Assembly: GCF_006345805.1 (NCBI RefSeq)
Contig: NC_043006.1
Span: forward strand, 51,336,001-51,400,000
From: Octopus sinensis
Taxonomy: Eukaryota
Direction of reading: 5' to 3'
DNA: 64,000 bases
The position numbers were made by a program, and so were the translations under genes. The notes under the pieces are model-generated. The model searched no databases, had not been told where the DNA came from, and was given only the letters and a program-made list of their open reading frames with translations. Positions 13,881 through 27,755 of this stretch are shown here, piece after piece. Numbering within the stretch: position 1 is the stretch's first letter; every line of letters begins with the position of its first letter.

Positions 13881-14205
13881 TTTTATTCTTTTACTTGTTT
13901 CAGTCATTTGACTGCAGCCATGCTGGAGCACCACCTTTAGTCAAACAAATCAACCCCAGTAAGCTAGTACTTATTCTATCAGTTGCTTTTTGCCCAACTG
14001 CTAACTTACGGGGACATAAACACAGACACACAAACATATACATATATAGGAGCTTCTTTCAGTTTCCATCTACCAAATCCACTCACAAGGCTTTGGTCAG
14101 TCCAAGGTTATAGCAGAAGACACTTGCCCAAGGTGCCATGCAGTGGGTCTGAACCTGCAACCATGTGGTTGGGAAGCAAGCTTCTTACCACACAGCTATG
14201 CCTGT
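13881..14205 (-). mobile_element. tRNA-derived SINE family A
   Basis: Head with A/B-box-like motifs, CCTTGGGCAAG CORE-like block, internal microsatellite, and tail ...gactgaaacaagtaaaagaata. Same family as the other copies. Confidence 0.85.
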
Positions 14206-16265
14206 GCTTATTAAATGTATGTGTTGTTTATTTATAATCTAATATGTTCAGCAATAAAATTAACTAATTGTTTCACTTCAAATCAAATGGTGAATGCATC
14301 TTTTTGTTTAAATAAAGTCAAGTCATATTTGAAAAGTATATGAAGACAAGGAAGATATGATTTACGCACTATTCCAATAAATTTATCAATTTACTCACTA
14401 TTCCAATAAATATACTTATATTAACATCCTTATATTTGCATGCCTTCCCCACCAACCCCTAAAATATTTATTTCAAGTCTTAGTTTTCTAAAATTTTAAG
14501 CACTAGTCAAATTGGTAAAATTATTTATAGGGCAAAAAACAGAGGAAAATGAAATAGTTCACTGGACAGAAACAAGTTCTTATATAAACACTTTAGCAAT
14601 CACTAGTTTCAATGATTTTTTTTTTCTTACAGTAGAAGGAGAGGAGTGGAATGGTGTTTATTGAAACAACTGCTTACAGTTGGATGCACTTCCTACAGGC
14701 AAAACCCATTAATTATCAAATAAAAGTGGAACCTGTCAGTCAAGCAAATGAAGGTCACTTCAATTAAGTACCACATTGCCTAAGAGAACAATACAAGATT
14801 TACAGTAAAGTTTGAAAGTATTTATCCCATGCATTTTATGATAAAGTCAGTTTATTTTGGTGATCAGTCCTATTTAAATCCATGTGAGGTATATGCCATT
14901 TATCACTGGCATATAAATGCGAAATGACAACAACTGGAGATTAAAACAGGATTGCTATCAACAACTTAACTGCTTACTCTTCTACAGTGCTTGCTTTTAC
15001 ATAGACATTTTTATTTTATTTATTTTTAGCTACCTTGTTGTTTAGCCCCAGGACTAACAATCCATGATCAAAGATATCCTAGGTTTACATTGTCCGATAT
15101 GCCTTTCCTGTAAGATACTGATTTATAATAGGTCAGTATAACAAGTGGAGGCTTCTGCATTGGCTTGTATATAATCTAGTTGGCTTAATTACTGAGTTTA
15201 TTAAAAGCAGATAGTTAAAGAGTATGTGTAATAATCAATAATATCTCAATATGAAACAGAACATTCTATGTGTTTATCTTCAAGATATGCTTTGTTAAAA
15301 GTGGCATTAAATTTTAATGCGCTCATGCCAGCTAACAAGATGAAAGACGAACTTTAATGGAACAAGAAATAAAATCCCATTTAGCTAGCTAGTCATGCCA
15401 ATAATTACATTTCATGTTTTTCAAGAAAACTGTCTGCTGAAAGGAAAATGTAATATATAGAAATTGAATTTTATCTAATGCATTTAGCAACCCAAAATTG
15501 AATGAAATTTCCTATTCATGATTCCATATATTCAGTTTTAAACATGAATAACACGAACATGTTGAATTGTGTAATGCTCAGGAGCCTTTCAGTATAATTC
15601 AGACATCAGTTCAGTCAATAACCTATGATATAACCTAAAAGTAAAAATGAATGCTATTCATTAAATATGAGGTAGAGGAAATTAGTGTACTTTTAGGTTA
15701 TATAAAGTCTTTAAAGTCCTAATGTATTCCAAACATCCAGCCTTGTAGGAAAGAAAAAAAAAATCCTAATACTGACAACTGTTTACAACAGACAACTAGA
15801 TATTTGAAGTCTTTAAAGATAACTAAAAACATAAAAGAAAAGAAAATAATTGAAAAAGGAATCTGAAAAATCTTGAGATAAAGAAAAAAAGAAAGGAAAC
15901 ATCTTTTGGAAAGCTGTTGAGTAAAAAGAAGAAAATATTTGCTTCAGACCATAGCATCTTAGAAGAAAAAGTACAAAGAAAGAAAGAAAGAAAGAAAAGC
16001 ATTCTGAGTTTTATTATCACAGTTCAGACAAAGTTCTTTCAGATAGTGGTGGACTTTCTGCTTACTAAAACCCATTACCACAAGTTCCAAAGTTACATTA
16101 TAACAACTGTAGAATCAGTTATCAGCTTACAGTGTAGGAAACCAGTTACAAGAGACAGCGAGTGGTATTTTAAAGAAAGCTTTCTTTAAGTCTAATAAAC
16201 AACTAGTGTTTATTTGATTGTAAAAATAACTAAAAATATACATGCTCTAGTTGCAAAATTATTAC

Positions 16266-16421
16266 TATAGGAAAGGGAATCATAGCCAGTATTTAAGTAT
16301 GGGTATTTTCAGCTGAAAATTATGTTATTATATGTAGTGGTAGTGTTGCTGCTACTATAAAGACTAATTTTCAGCTGGAAATACCCATGCTTAGATAATG
16401 GCTATGATTCCCTCTCCTATA
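16266..16421. mobile_element. Foldback MITE (~56-bp inverted arms)
   Basis: tataggaaagggaatcatagcc...cagctgaaaatta is inverted as taattttcagctg...ggctatgattccctctcctata. Confidence 0.7.
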
Positions 16422-19400
16422 CTACTACAATGATGTTGCTAAAGACATCTTTTGGATCGCTTGTTCCAGATTACTGGTAATAGCATCTCCTTTCAAATCT
16501 TCCTTTAACTGCAACTAACCTCAGAGGGTAAAAACAGGAGGAATGCCATCAAAATAGATGACAGCATTTTCAACTAACCAATATATATAAGCATCATATA
16601 TAACTAAAGACGTGTTCCCTTGTTGACTTAAATTCACATGTTTATTTTTCCACAGTGGCCTAAATTGTTATTGCTGAGCAGCTCTGGTTACAGTTAGCCA
16701 ATAACTGCAGCGTAGAGACCACACACAATTCAGCCTGTTGGCAAGCATCTATTTTTACTGTCTCTTGAACAAGGATGGAGCTACTTCAGTAAGATTAGAA
16801 ACCAGATGTCTATTAAGGCAGAAAACTGTCAATTACACAACTCTAAACCATATTTTATAGATTACCAGATAGTAAACAATACAAGTGCTTAGTTGTTCTG
16901 ATTATGACTATTCTCTAACTAGATCATGTCGAAATATTAGTGTTTACAACCACAAACTTCAAGAGGATAATAGAAGGGAAAAGTTTCTATTAAATCAGCA
17001 GAGGTTAGAATGATATAAAAATAATATTTTTCTATCACAATCAAGTACAACATTTGCCTTGAATCAATCAGCTTGATTATTCATACAGTTTGGTAAGTGA
17101 AATGAAGTACTGTAAAAAAAAAAAATGATTTTCAGAATAGTGAAAACAGGCTAGTGTAATATATAATGCAAGATTTAAGAAAACAAAACAAAATCAACAG
17201 TTAACTAAAATATCGGTATCATTATTATTGGTGTCTATTGAATCAATTACATCTCATCCCTATAACACTGGACCAATGCCAAGGTTGAGAGACATTATTA
17301 TTATTATTGCTACTACTACTCGTCCTCTCATAAAAGCATCAGCTTTCTCGTAGCAGATCTATTTCCCTGTATTATCAAGTTTAGTTCAGCAGACCTTGAG
17401 TACACAGTAAACATCCGTGTATTGCATGTATGCATAAATAAATAAACTAAAATAAATAAATACATTATACATAACTTTAATGATAAGCTTACAGTACAGC
17501 ATTGTTCTACTCTGCCCAATTCTGTGACATTGCATTTGTGAGGTTCAACATCTTTACATCTAACCTCACCATTCTTTCCTTGGCTGGCTATCATTAGGCA
17601 GCACATTTTCATTCATCTGCGTCACTTTTACAATACTAGTGCAGGGAGCTCTCCTACATACAATAGCTGAGGTTTTTAATACTCAGCTGAGCTCTTAGCA
17701 TTTAACTCTTATGTGGATATATGGAAATGTGCATGTGTAGATGACTGTATCTTACTAATTTAGCAAGTTCTATGGCTTCTTGCCAGCAAGAAGAGTAAAT
17801 AGATACCTTTAAGAATTACCTAAAATGTGAAAAAGAATCACTTAGAAATTTCTAGAAGCTGATGGTTCACTCCATTGATGGATGCAATCATTTAAGTAAC
17901 AACACAATAAATGATAACTTGGTGTAGGCAAATAAGAACAGTGGTTGGACTGATTTACTTTGGCTGACAACAGTTAGATAAGAGCATTCATAACAACATG
18001 CTTCTGTCAGGACATGCTGAGCCCCCTAACATGACTGCTACTGTACAGCAAAAATTTATCTGATCAGGGTTATTAGTTTACATCAATTTCTACTCATTCA
18101 ACTTTTGTTGGCTAAAGAATCTCAGAGAGAAATTGAAGTTAATCAGCTTCTTTTGGATAAATAACTCTACATATATCAAGTACTTTTTCTTATTTGTAAC
18201 TCCACTTGTGATCTGGTAACATGTAGTCTGGAACAATTTCTTGTATAGTCGGATCATTGGCAACTGGTGAAGAGGGTTGCTAGAAATCCAGTAGAGCAAA
18301 AAGAAAAAAGTACTACTTGTCAAAAGGATGGATGAACCCAATGTAGAGTCAACAGCTACCTAGCAAATGAGCAGGGACATAGGAATACTCATGATAGTTA
18401 ATCTGTCAAGAAGATATTATGTAAAGCCTGAGGGTCATTCAGCTTCTGGTTGAACAAGTTACTCCTAGGCCACTGGAAAGAAAGCCAATCTATTTGAAGA
18501 GCAAGTGCAGCTCAGTGCATGCTTCACTCATTATATAATCAGCTTCTTGGAAAACATACTTTGGAAGAAAGCCATACAGCAATGGGGAATAGTAGAATAT
18601 ATAGGCTTGACCAGTCGGCGGTATGTAATTGGAAGCCTACACAAAGGCAGCTTGGGATATTCGTAACTTCTTTTCTAATCCATGGTATGGAAAGATTTGA
18701 CAGCACCTTGGGTGATTGAGTAGGCCTTTCCAAGAATAGCGCTGCCCGCTTGTTAATCAGGAAGGACCTAGCCTAATAAACTGGCCTGCATCCTACAACT
18801 AGCAGCTGTTTTCCCTTCACAGGTTTCAAGGTAACATCCATGAAATTTACAACTTTCCAAGAAGTGGTTGTATTCTGACACAAGTTGACAGACAGACAAA
18901 CACACACACACACACACACACAATACCTCTAAATTTGTGGAACTACAGATATATATGAAATGTTAAGTTACCAAAATTTACCTTAAAACAGGTTGGTATT
19001 GAATAACAGAAGAGGTAAGCAAGATATTCTAACATGATGTTAACTGGATATATGGACACACACAAACATGAAACATTTTAATTTGCAGTGCTGGCTCTGA
19101 ATTCTATAGGAAATCTATAAGAGATAACATGCACTGCTAAGACAGAAGTAAGACACTTGTTGACTTGTAAACCTTTAATATACTTGGTAGTATATATAAT
19201 AGTTGCAAAATGAAATACAGTGTCCTTGTCAGCAATTTATAAACATGCACTAAACAGGGATATATCTGCAAACATTTTATTTCACAAACAAATATTTGAT
19301 TCAATATTAAAAAATTAATGAATACAAACAAAAGAAAATTGTTTTTTTCTGCACACAAATGTGTTTTTTTTATGATTATTGTATAGCCAGCAATATCTGA

Positions 19401-19904
19401 AAGAAACTGTGTTATGTAAATACAAGTGTGAATGTATTTCTATTGATTTTCATGTAACTGATTACATTTTTAGATAACTCATTTCTGCTATATTGTTTTT
19501 CAAGTGACTAGATTTCACTTTATCAGAGCTTGTAGCCTGTTCAGCAAATATCCAAATAACTTTCTTCTAACAAAATATTTTGCTCAGTGTGTCATTCTAA
19601 AAATAATAATAGAAACTTGTTCTACTATAGGCACAGGGTTTGAAATTTAGGGGTATGGGATAGTTAATTACATTGACACCCGTGATCAACTGGTACTTAT
19701 TGATCCAAAAAGATTGCAAAGCAAAATGCATCTCAGCAGAATGTAACGAGCCGGAAGAAATGCCATCAAGTATTTTGTCTGGAATAGTAATGATTCTGTC
19801 AGCTTCCTTTAATAATTATAACAATCCTTTCTACTATAGGAACAAGGCATGACATTCTGGGGTTGGGGTGGAGAGGTCAAACAATTATTTCAATCCCAGT
19901 GCTC

Positions 19905-22270
19905 TCCTTTCTTCATTAGTATGGTCAGTCAGTATGGGGAAGTTCTACAAGAGCCTGTAATTCATATTTTTTATCACAACCTCTGGTTCATGTTCACACC
20001 ACCTGTTATTTTGAAGCCACATAGCTAATACTCCAATGCACTTTTTTGCCTACACAGTCATGCCTACGCTTATACTCTTTTCATGTTATTATACAGGACT
20101 CACTCAAAAGGTAACTGATACTTTTGTCTCCTTTCCTACAGATTCTACATTTGCTGCCTGACTGAGTTTCCTTGATCTTTGTCCTTATCAGATTTGTTCT
20201 AATCGCTTGTTCCTGAGCTGTGTTTCAGTCTCTTGTTTCAAGCTCCCATCTGTCAACTAGAGCCAGCATTCTTTACTTCCAACATTTTCAGTTTGTTGCA
20301 CAAATTGGTCGTGTAGTTCCACTTCTTTTTATTTGTTTGTTCAGTTCTTTTTCTCTTTGAATTCTATTGCCTCAGTTATTTTATGGGTATCTCTGGCTGC
20401 CAATAGTATTCTTTCTTTACTCTGCACAACATAATTTTTCAGACCCAGTATTACAATATTAAAATGTCCTCTGCCACTTTCCTTTCTTGATAGATAGAGT
20501 CATTGGTTTTACTTTTAGGGCAGAATGCATTGTGAGGAACGTTCTAGTTCTTCTATCCAAGTTCTGTAGCTTGCTCTTTGTCTATTTTAGAAAAGGGAGA
20601 AGAGTATCGCAATACTGGCATAGCCCAAGGCTTTAATGATGTTCCTTCCATTTAATTTTGTTTCAAGTACCTTCCTAATTTTCCTTCTGTACTCTTCAGT
20701 GATTTTCTCTTTCATTTCTCCTATTATCCAATCATTGTGCAGTACCCCTAGGCATTTGTATCTCTCATTATTCCACAGCAATCTAATATTGTCTTGTAAT
20801 TTTATGCTATTAGAGTTTACCCTCCAGCTTCTCTTCAAATTAGCACTGCACACTTATTTACTCCAAACTGCATTCCAATATCTTTACTGAATACTTTCAC
20901 AATTTGGATTTTAAAAATCCAGGTTTATTACATTTTATGTATATAGCTTAAGGTCATCCATATAAAGTAGGTGGTTTTCATTTTGGTACACTTATAAGCA
21001 GGCCTAACAGAGAGAGTGAGTCTCCCAGGAAAATATCCGTGTACGTTCATGTTACCTAGCCATTCATTTGCATGTCAGTTCAAATTCCAACACTCTCATT
21101 GAATTTTCCAAAAATTTGTTTATCTTCTCATTGACTCAGAGAGTCCTTAGACACTCCAAGAGCCAGATGTATGGGACATTGTCGTAAGCCTTCCCATAAC
21201 CTATCCACCAACAGCTAAATTCTTCTTTCTTACATGTACACATCAGCAAGGACCCTTGATTTCTTCCAATATCTTTTTTGTTCTTCTGGCTATAGATTCT
21301 CCTTTTCCAGAAAATTATCTGCTATGAGGTCAATTAACAGTTTCTTGAGTAATGGTAAACCAGTAAAAGGTCTATAGTTACTGACTCAACACCTTAGTTG
21401 TTTATAGAATTTTCTTTTATTGTTCTTGAAGAGTCTATTCCGCAGGTACTGATTTGATCTCTGTTGGTATCTTCTTTTTACCCAACATTGATTTGATTTT
21501 TTCTTGTCTTAGTTCCTCTGTAACTACCAGCAGTCTTTTGTGTCTTACATCGTACATCTTATGCAATTTGTTCCTGTGTCTTTTTCTCATCCTCTTCTTT
21601 TCTATGATTGCATATATCCATCCAAGATTTCTCAAGTTGTGCAATTTGGTTCTCAAGCTTGCATTTCTCACATGGTGCTTTGTCCTTTGTTTTTTTTTAC
21701 TTTTAACCCCAAAATTTTGCACAGCGACAGAGGTGGTGCAGTATATAAAGTCGTTTAGATCTATTAGGTTTGCAAAGTAGATTTTTGTTGACAGTTCATC
21801 CATCTTTTATACAGTTTTCTTCTTTTGATTCCTCTCAGAGCTGGTAGCCTCTTTCTTTCCCTTTTTTGTGCTTCATTCAAGTGTAATAGTAGGCTTCTTT
21901 CTTCCTCAGTAAGCCTTTCTCTTAAAGTAAAATTTACCTTCATCTGGACAGCTGTTTCTTTTGTGGATATTTATAGGTTCCTCTACTACACTGTTCTTGT
22001 TCTGCTTTTTGTTCATCGTGTTCAGTGTAGTCATGCTCACTCTTTTGCTCTATCTGGGACAGCCACTTCTTTTTCACGATTACTCTGTCCAAATTTTATG
22101 CATTCTTTTCCTGTATCCTATTTTGGTAGGCCCACTTCTGTAATGGCATTCCATTACAGTTCTATTGTCATTTTGGGTTCATTTTCTCCTCATCTTTGTA
22201 GCAGTATTTAGGAACACTTGCCAGACAAGAGGCCTTCACTCTGAGTTTGGCTGTCACAGATGCAGTTGTG
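19905..22270 (-). mobile_element. Degenerate R4/Dong-like (RLE-type) non-LTR retrotransposon remnant with internal deletions
   Basis: Fragments RYKCLGVL...KITEEYRRKIRKVLETKLNGRNIIKA (20587-20853), AQEQAIRTNL...CRIC...EYKRRHD (~20050-20230), and N-terminal MECHYRSGPTKIGYRKRMHKIW (~22070-22150). Confidence 0.75.
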
Positions 22271-22449
22271 AGGATTATTTGACATTATACTTATAAAGAG
22301 GATTGTGTTGCAGTATTTTTATCAAGATACCATCTCTAGAGGGTTGCCAAACAAGGTTAAAGAGACTATCTTCCTTTGTAGATTTAACCCCATCAAGATG
22401 TTCTGTGTCATTTTTGTCCTCAAGGTATTCATTATTGTTATTACTATTA

Positions 22450-22830
22450 AGGCAGCAAGCTGGCAGAATCATTAGCACACCGGGCGAAATGCTGAGCAGT
22501 ATTTCGTCTGCCGCTATATTCTGAGTTCAAATTCCATGAGGTCGACTTTGCCTTTGATCCTTTCGGGGTTGATTAAATAAGTACCAGTTATGCACTGAGG
22601 TCAATATAATCGACTTAATCCGTTTGTCTGTCCTCTCTGTGTTTAGCCCCTTGTGGGTAGTAAAGAAATAGGTATTTCGTCTGTCATTATGTTGTGAGTT
22701 CAAATTCTACCAAGGTTGACTTTGCCTTTCAACCTTTCAGGGTCAATTAAGTACCAGTAAAACACTAGGGTTGATGTAATTGACTAGTCTCCTCCCTCCA
22801 AATTTCAGACTGTGTACCTTTAGTAGAAAG
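22450..22830 (+). mobile_element. SINE family B (two nested or adjacent copies)
   Basis: ggcagcaagctggcagaatc...gagttcaaattcc...gtcgactttgcctttgatcctttcgggg...gtaccag. Confidence 0.8.
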
Positions 22831-24571
22831 GGTTATTGTTATTATTACTGCTGTCCTTGTGTTGGCAGTACAACTAATAAAGAAATACTATTTGGATGGC
22901 TGTTGACTCCTCAGAGTTCATCCACCCTTAGGCAGGTCTTGATTTTCATTCTGCAGAGAGACCAAATAGCAAGAAAATCACCTTCCTCACAGAGCAAATT
23001 CAGTGGGTTTGCAGGTTTAGAAACTAACAGCCCAACATTTGTGGATGCTGATAAGAATACACTCATCCAGATGTGATTCAATTTCACTTCAGTTATGGTG
23101 GTGGTGAAGGTGTGAGTGTCATGTACCTGAATAATTAAGATGTAGGTGAAGAGAAAGAACAAATATGGAAAAAAAAAAGGGGCAATAAGCAATTATTACC
23201 GATTGTTCTTTTCCCACTTTAATTAGTTATTTATTGAACATACTTGTTAGTGTATATAATAATAGACTGCTACTTCTCAGTTTAGCATTGGCTATATCAT
23301 TACATGCCAAAAACACTGTACCTAGCAAACAAACTTAAAGACACTGTTCACTGACATCGAAGATGAGCACGATAAAGATAGCCGAGATCTCTGAAATTAA
23401 TCCACAGTATCAAATCAGTTGCCAATAATGGCTTTTCGAATAACTAAAAATATATTTCCTTTGTTCACACTGTTCCCCATTTGCAGTTTTTCAGATTTAT
23501 TTCCCTATTTTTGTAATCCCACACTGTCTGCTGGGATAAGAGCAGTGACATAGAAGGCAGTAGTTGCTGAGTGCCTTGCAGTATTTAGTTACATTCTTTT
23601 ACATTTTGAGTTCAAATAAAATAGGGATTGACTGTTATTAACCTTCAGGATTGGTAAAATAATAAACTCAGGACGAGGTGGTTTTTCAAACTCCATCAAT
23701 TAAATCTACTACAAATTTGTGGCCTTGCGCCAATATACGAAATTGTTCTTTAAAAACTGTAGACATAAACCACACAGCAGCTGATTAAAACCTCGATGAT
23801 TTAGCTTCATCCTTCTGCCTTGATTTAAAACTTATCGGCTTTCCATTTATCCCTCCACGGTCGACAAAGCAAGCACCAGTCAAATAACAGGGTCAATTCA
23901 ATTAGTTGTATTTTTCTACTAAGATTGAATGACCATGTATTTGTTGGGAAAGTGTAATAAGATAAAAATTAGATCGCTTGATTAAATAAATATCCAACAG
24001 CATTTCATGTTATCTCGATACCTTTGAATTTAAATACCCACAATGCTGATTTCGCCGCTCATCCCCAAGGATCGATAAAACAAATAGCAGCAGTATACTG
24101 AGGTCGATTCAATCAATTAAAGCGCTGTGTTTGCAAATGTGGCCTTGTATTAAAAAGCCAAAAACAAAATGAAAAAAAAAATCGAAGAGAGAACGATGTG
24201 AATAGAAAAATGTCACCTTAGATAAGAAAGCCAAGATGACAACATTAGCAATGGGAAAAAAGATTTGATGTCGTCATGGTTATTGTTGATACTGGAAACT
24301 ATAATAACGCCCATTCACAGACACGTTATCTCTTTCAACATTACTACTATTTGAAAGAATTCTGTCCCATCCCTACCCACCTCGTCAATCGGTTTGACGT
24401 CATTTGACCGCTTATAATTATCGACAGATATTGAACCAGCTTTCTCTAACTATTCATTTAAGTCAGACAAAAATATTATTCCAGTTTAATTAAGTGCCTC
24501 TTGTTCCTGATTAATATACATTAACACCTGTGGCTTGGCCGTGTTGAGTGTGACAACCAACAATACACACA

Positions 24572-24611
<40 letters not shown>

Positions 24612-25145
24612 TACATACATATATAGAGATATATACGTGTGTGTGTGTGTGTGTGTGTGTCCATTACGTCAAAGTCCCATGTGTCTATGGCCACCAATAA
24701 AAATGTTTAAAAAAAAATAATGAAAGGATGGTCGACAAAGTGAAACTTAAAACATTTTTACGACGTTAACACAGATCTCAGAACGATTATGTTTAGTTAC
24801 ACACACACACACACACACGCATATAGTACGTGTGTATAGAAACAAGGATGTTATTACGTAAGCAAATGTATGGTGCTATTGGGTAGTGTTAGGAAGGTGT
24901 TTCGCTATACTGGTCTCAGTATGGTAGATGGTCTATATAAACGACTGGCTTGTATTTAAATGCTAGTGCTTCTGTATATATAAATATTTGATGAAACTTG
25001 TCCTATATACACAAACATACAGGCGAGATGCTTAGTTGGTGTCCCTTCATGACGAGGTTACAGTAGAAACGAGAAAAAAAACATATATATATATACACAT
25101 ATATATATATTTACTGTTTACATATATATATACACATATATATAT

Positions 25146-26220
25146 ATTATTCCAGCAGCATCGCTAACAACAAATGTTTGACATCACAGGGAGGAAGATT
25201 TTTTTTTTTCGGGGAGATGAAGAAATGTGAGAAAATACATGGCGTTGTTTATCGGGAGTGTGATTATGAAATATGGGGGGGGGGGAAGCAAACAAAGATT
25301 GATAAGGGTGTGTGAACGGAGATCACAAACAAAAATCATCTGTGTGTTTCTGACTCATTTTAATATGAGAGTGTGCGAGTGTAATATAAAAATATAACAC
25401 TACACCCATTTCACCAAGAGAAAGAGACAGATGTACAACACTGACATACACTGACAACAAAATCTTTCAATTGGTGCGCGCGCGCTTGCGGATGTGAAAT
25501 AGATGTCTGGATATGATGAAACCATGTAGGGTAATAAAAAAATTTATTTTCATATCTGCGACAAGATAATGAAAAATAGAAATTGTAGAAACAGAAAAGG
25601 CAGAATAGAATGTAATCATTTAATGGCATGAAGCACACAACTCCATAGTAGATAGCAAATGAAGCCCTATGACAATAACATTGGAAACAAGAAGCAGCAG
25701 CAGCAGCAGACGTCAACATTGATGGGTGTTTTTAAGCTGCCCAGCCAACGCCAGCGCCAACAAACCTACAAGAAAAGACAATTATAGCCGTGCCAATCTA
25801 GTCCAAATAGATACCCAAGACTAAGTTGTCCAAATAGTCCTTTATTTGAAATAGCAGGATAAGATATGTGAGTGACTGCATCGAGGCTCCCTCGTTGGTT
25901 CAACAGTGTATGTGTGTGAACGTGATGTACAAAGAAAGAGGAGAGACATAAACACGCTAAGCAGTAGCCATTGAGGGTTAGTAATACAGACGTAAACAAT
26001 ATTATATATATACATATATGTGTGTGTGTATATATGTATATATATATCTTTGTGTGTGTGATGTACAAATACAAGCTAACCATTAGCCATTGAGCGTAGC
26101 AACAAGAAATAGAAACATCAAAACAGTAGGTAAAATAAACAGTTACTGCTCTATTTCTGTAAAATATTATGCTTATTATGTTTGTGTGAAACTAAATTCA
26201 GCGTGTAATAATAGTATAGA

Positions 26221-26285
<65 letters not shown>

Positions 26286-27368
26286 TATATATATATTATT
26301 CCAGCAGCATCGCTAACAACAAATGTTTGACATCACAGGGAGGAAGATTTTTTTTTTTCGGGGAGATGAAGAAATGTGAGAAAATACATGGCGTTGTTTA
26401 TCGGGAGTGTGATTATGAAATATGGGGGGGGGGAAGCAAACAAAGATTGATAAGGGTGTGTGAACGGAGATCACAAACAAAAATCATCTGTGTGTTTCTG
26501 ACTCATTTTAATATGAGAGTGTGCGAGTGTAATATAAAAATATAACACTACACCCATTTCACCAAGAGAAAGAGACAGATGTACAACACTGACATACACT
26601 GACAACAAAATCTTTCAATTGGTGCGCGCGCGCTTGCGGATGTGAAATAGATGTCTGGATATGATGAAACCATGTAGGGTAATAAAAAAATTTATTTTCA
26701 TATCTGCGACAAGATAATGAAAAATAGAAATTGTAGAAACAGAAAAGGCAGAATAGAATGTAATCATTTAATGGCATGAAGCACACAACTCCATAGTAGA
26801 TAGCAAATGAAGCCCTATGACAATAACATTGGAAACAAGAAGCAGCAGCAGCAGCAGACGTCAACATTGATGGGTGTTTTTAAGCTGCCCAGCCAACGCC
26901 AGCGCCAACAAACCTACAAGAAAAGACAATTATAGCCGTGCCAATCTAGTCCAAATAGATACCCAAGACTAAGTTGTCCAAATAGTCCTTTATTTGAAAT
27001 AGCAGGATAAGATATGTGAGTGACTGCATCGAGGCTCCCTCGTTGGTTCAACAGTGTATGTGTGTGAACGTGATGTACAAAGAAAGAGGAGAGACATAAA
27101 CACGCTAAGCAGTAGCCATTGAGGGTTAGTAATACAGACGTAAACAATATTATATATATACATATATGTGTGTGTGTATATATGTATATATATATCTTTG
27201 TGTGTGTGATGTACAAATACAAGCTAACCATTAGCCATTGAGCGTAGCAACAAGAAATAGAAACATCAAAACAGTAGGTAAAATAAACAGTTACTGCTCT
27301 ATTTCTGTAAAATATTATGCTTATTATGTTTGTGTGAAACTAAATTCAGCGTGTAATAATAGTATAGA

Positions 27369-27372
<4 letters not shown>
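25146..27372. repeat. Near-identical 1148-bp tandem duplication bounded by (TA)n tracts
   Basis: 25146-26224 recurs at 26295-27372. The only difference I found in the unique part is G11 vs G10 in a homopolymer. Identical ORF pairs appear in the ORF track. Confidence 0.95.
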
Positions 27373-27405
<33 letters not shown>

Positions 27406-27620
27406 TTGTATAGAGAAACAAAAGAGAGGAGTTATCATTTGCAACATCATAAATGAGCGTTGATGAAATGGGGGAGAAGGATATAGACAATAAAATAGCA
27501 TTTGTTTAAGTTACAAAATACACCGAACTATTTATTAATCCAATTGGGGGCATGAATTAAATACAAGTTCTGAACAGTAAAATGAAAAAAAAGAAAAACG
27601 TAAACAAATGGCCGACTTAC

Positions 27621-27755
27621 CTACGAAACTATAAAAGAATTTGGATGGAAGATAACAGTTTTTATATATATATTGGTTGATGACGTCACTAGTCACGAGA
27701 TGATCGTTCAGTGCTTACAGACGCACTTCCGTTTATTTTCTACAGCTTGTACCCG
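27621..27755 (-). promoter_or_regulatory. Candidate Pol II promoter and short non-coding first exon, probably of syntenin
   Basis: Read on the minus strand, in order: ETS ACGGAAGTG (27724-27732), TCTCGTGAC E-box-like (27692-27700), CRE TGACGTCA (27681-27688), CCAAT (27672-27676), TATATAAAAA (27659-27668), pyrimidine-rich start region ~30 nt downstream, then a consensus donor AG|GTAAGT at 27621/27620. CpGs are locally retained. Confidence 0.55.

Noticed and set aside
18200-18830. Possible old non-LTR retrotransposon C-terminal remnant
   Set aside because: Similarity is too weak to assign by eye.
25411-27231. Duplicated 102/105-aa minus-strand ORFs and an acceptor-like site before GTTTGTTGGCGCTGG
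   Set aside because: No recognisable homology and no matching donor site; the duplication explains the recurrence.
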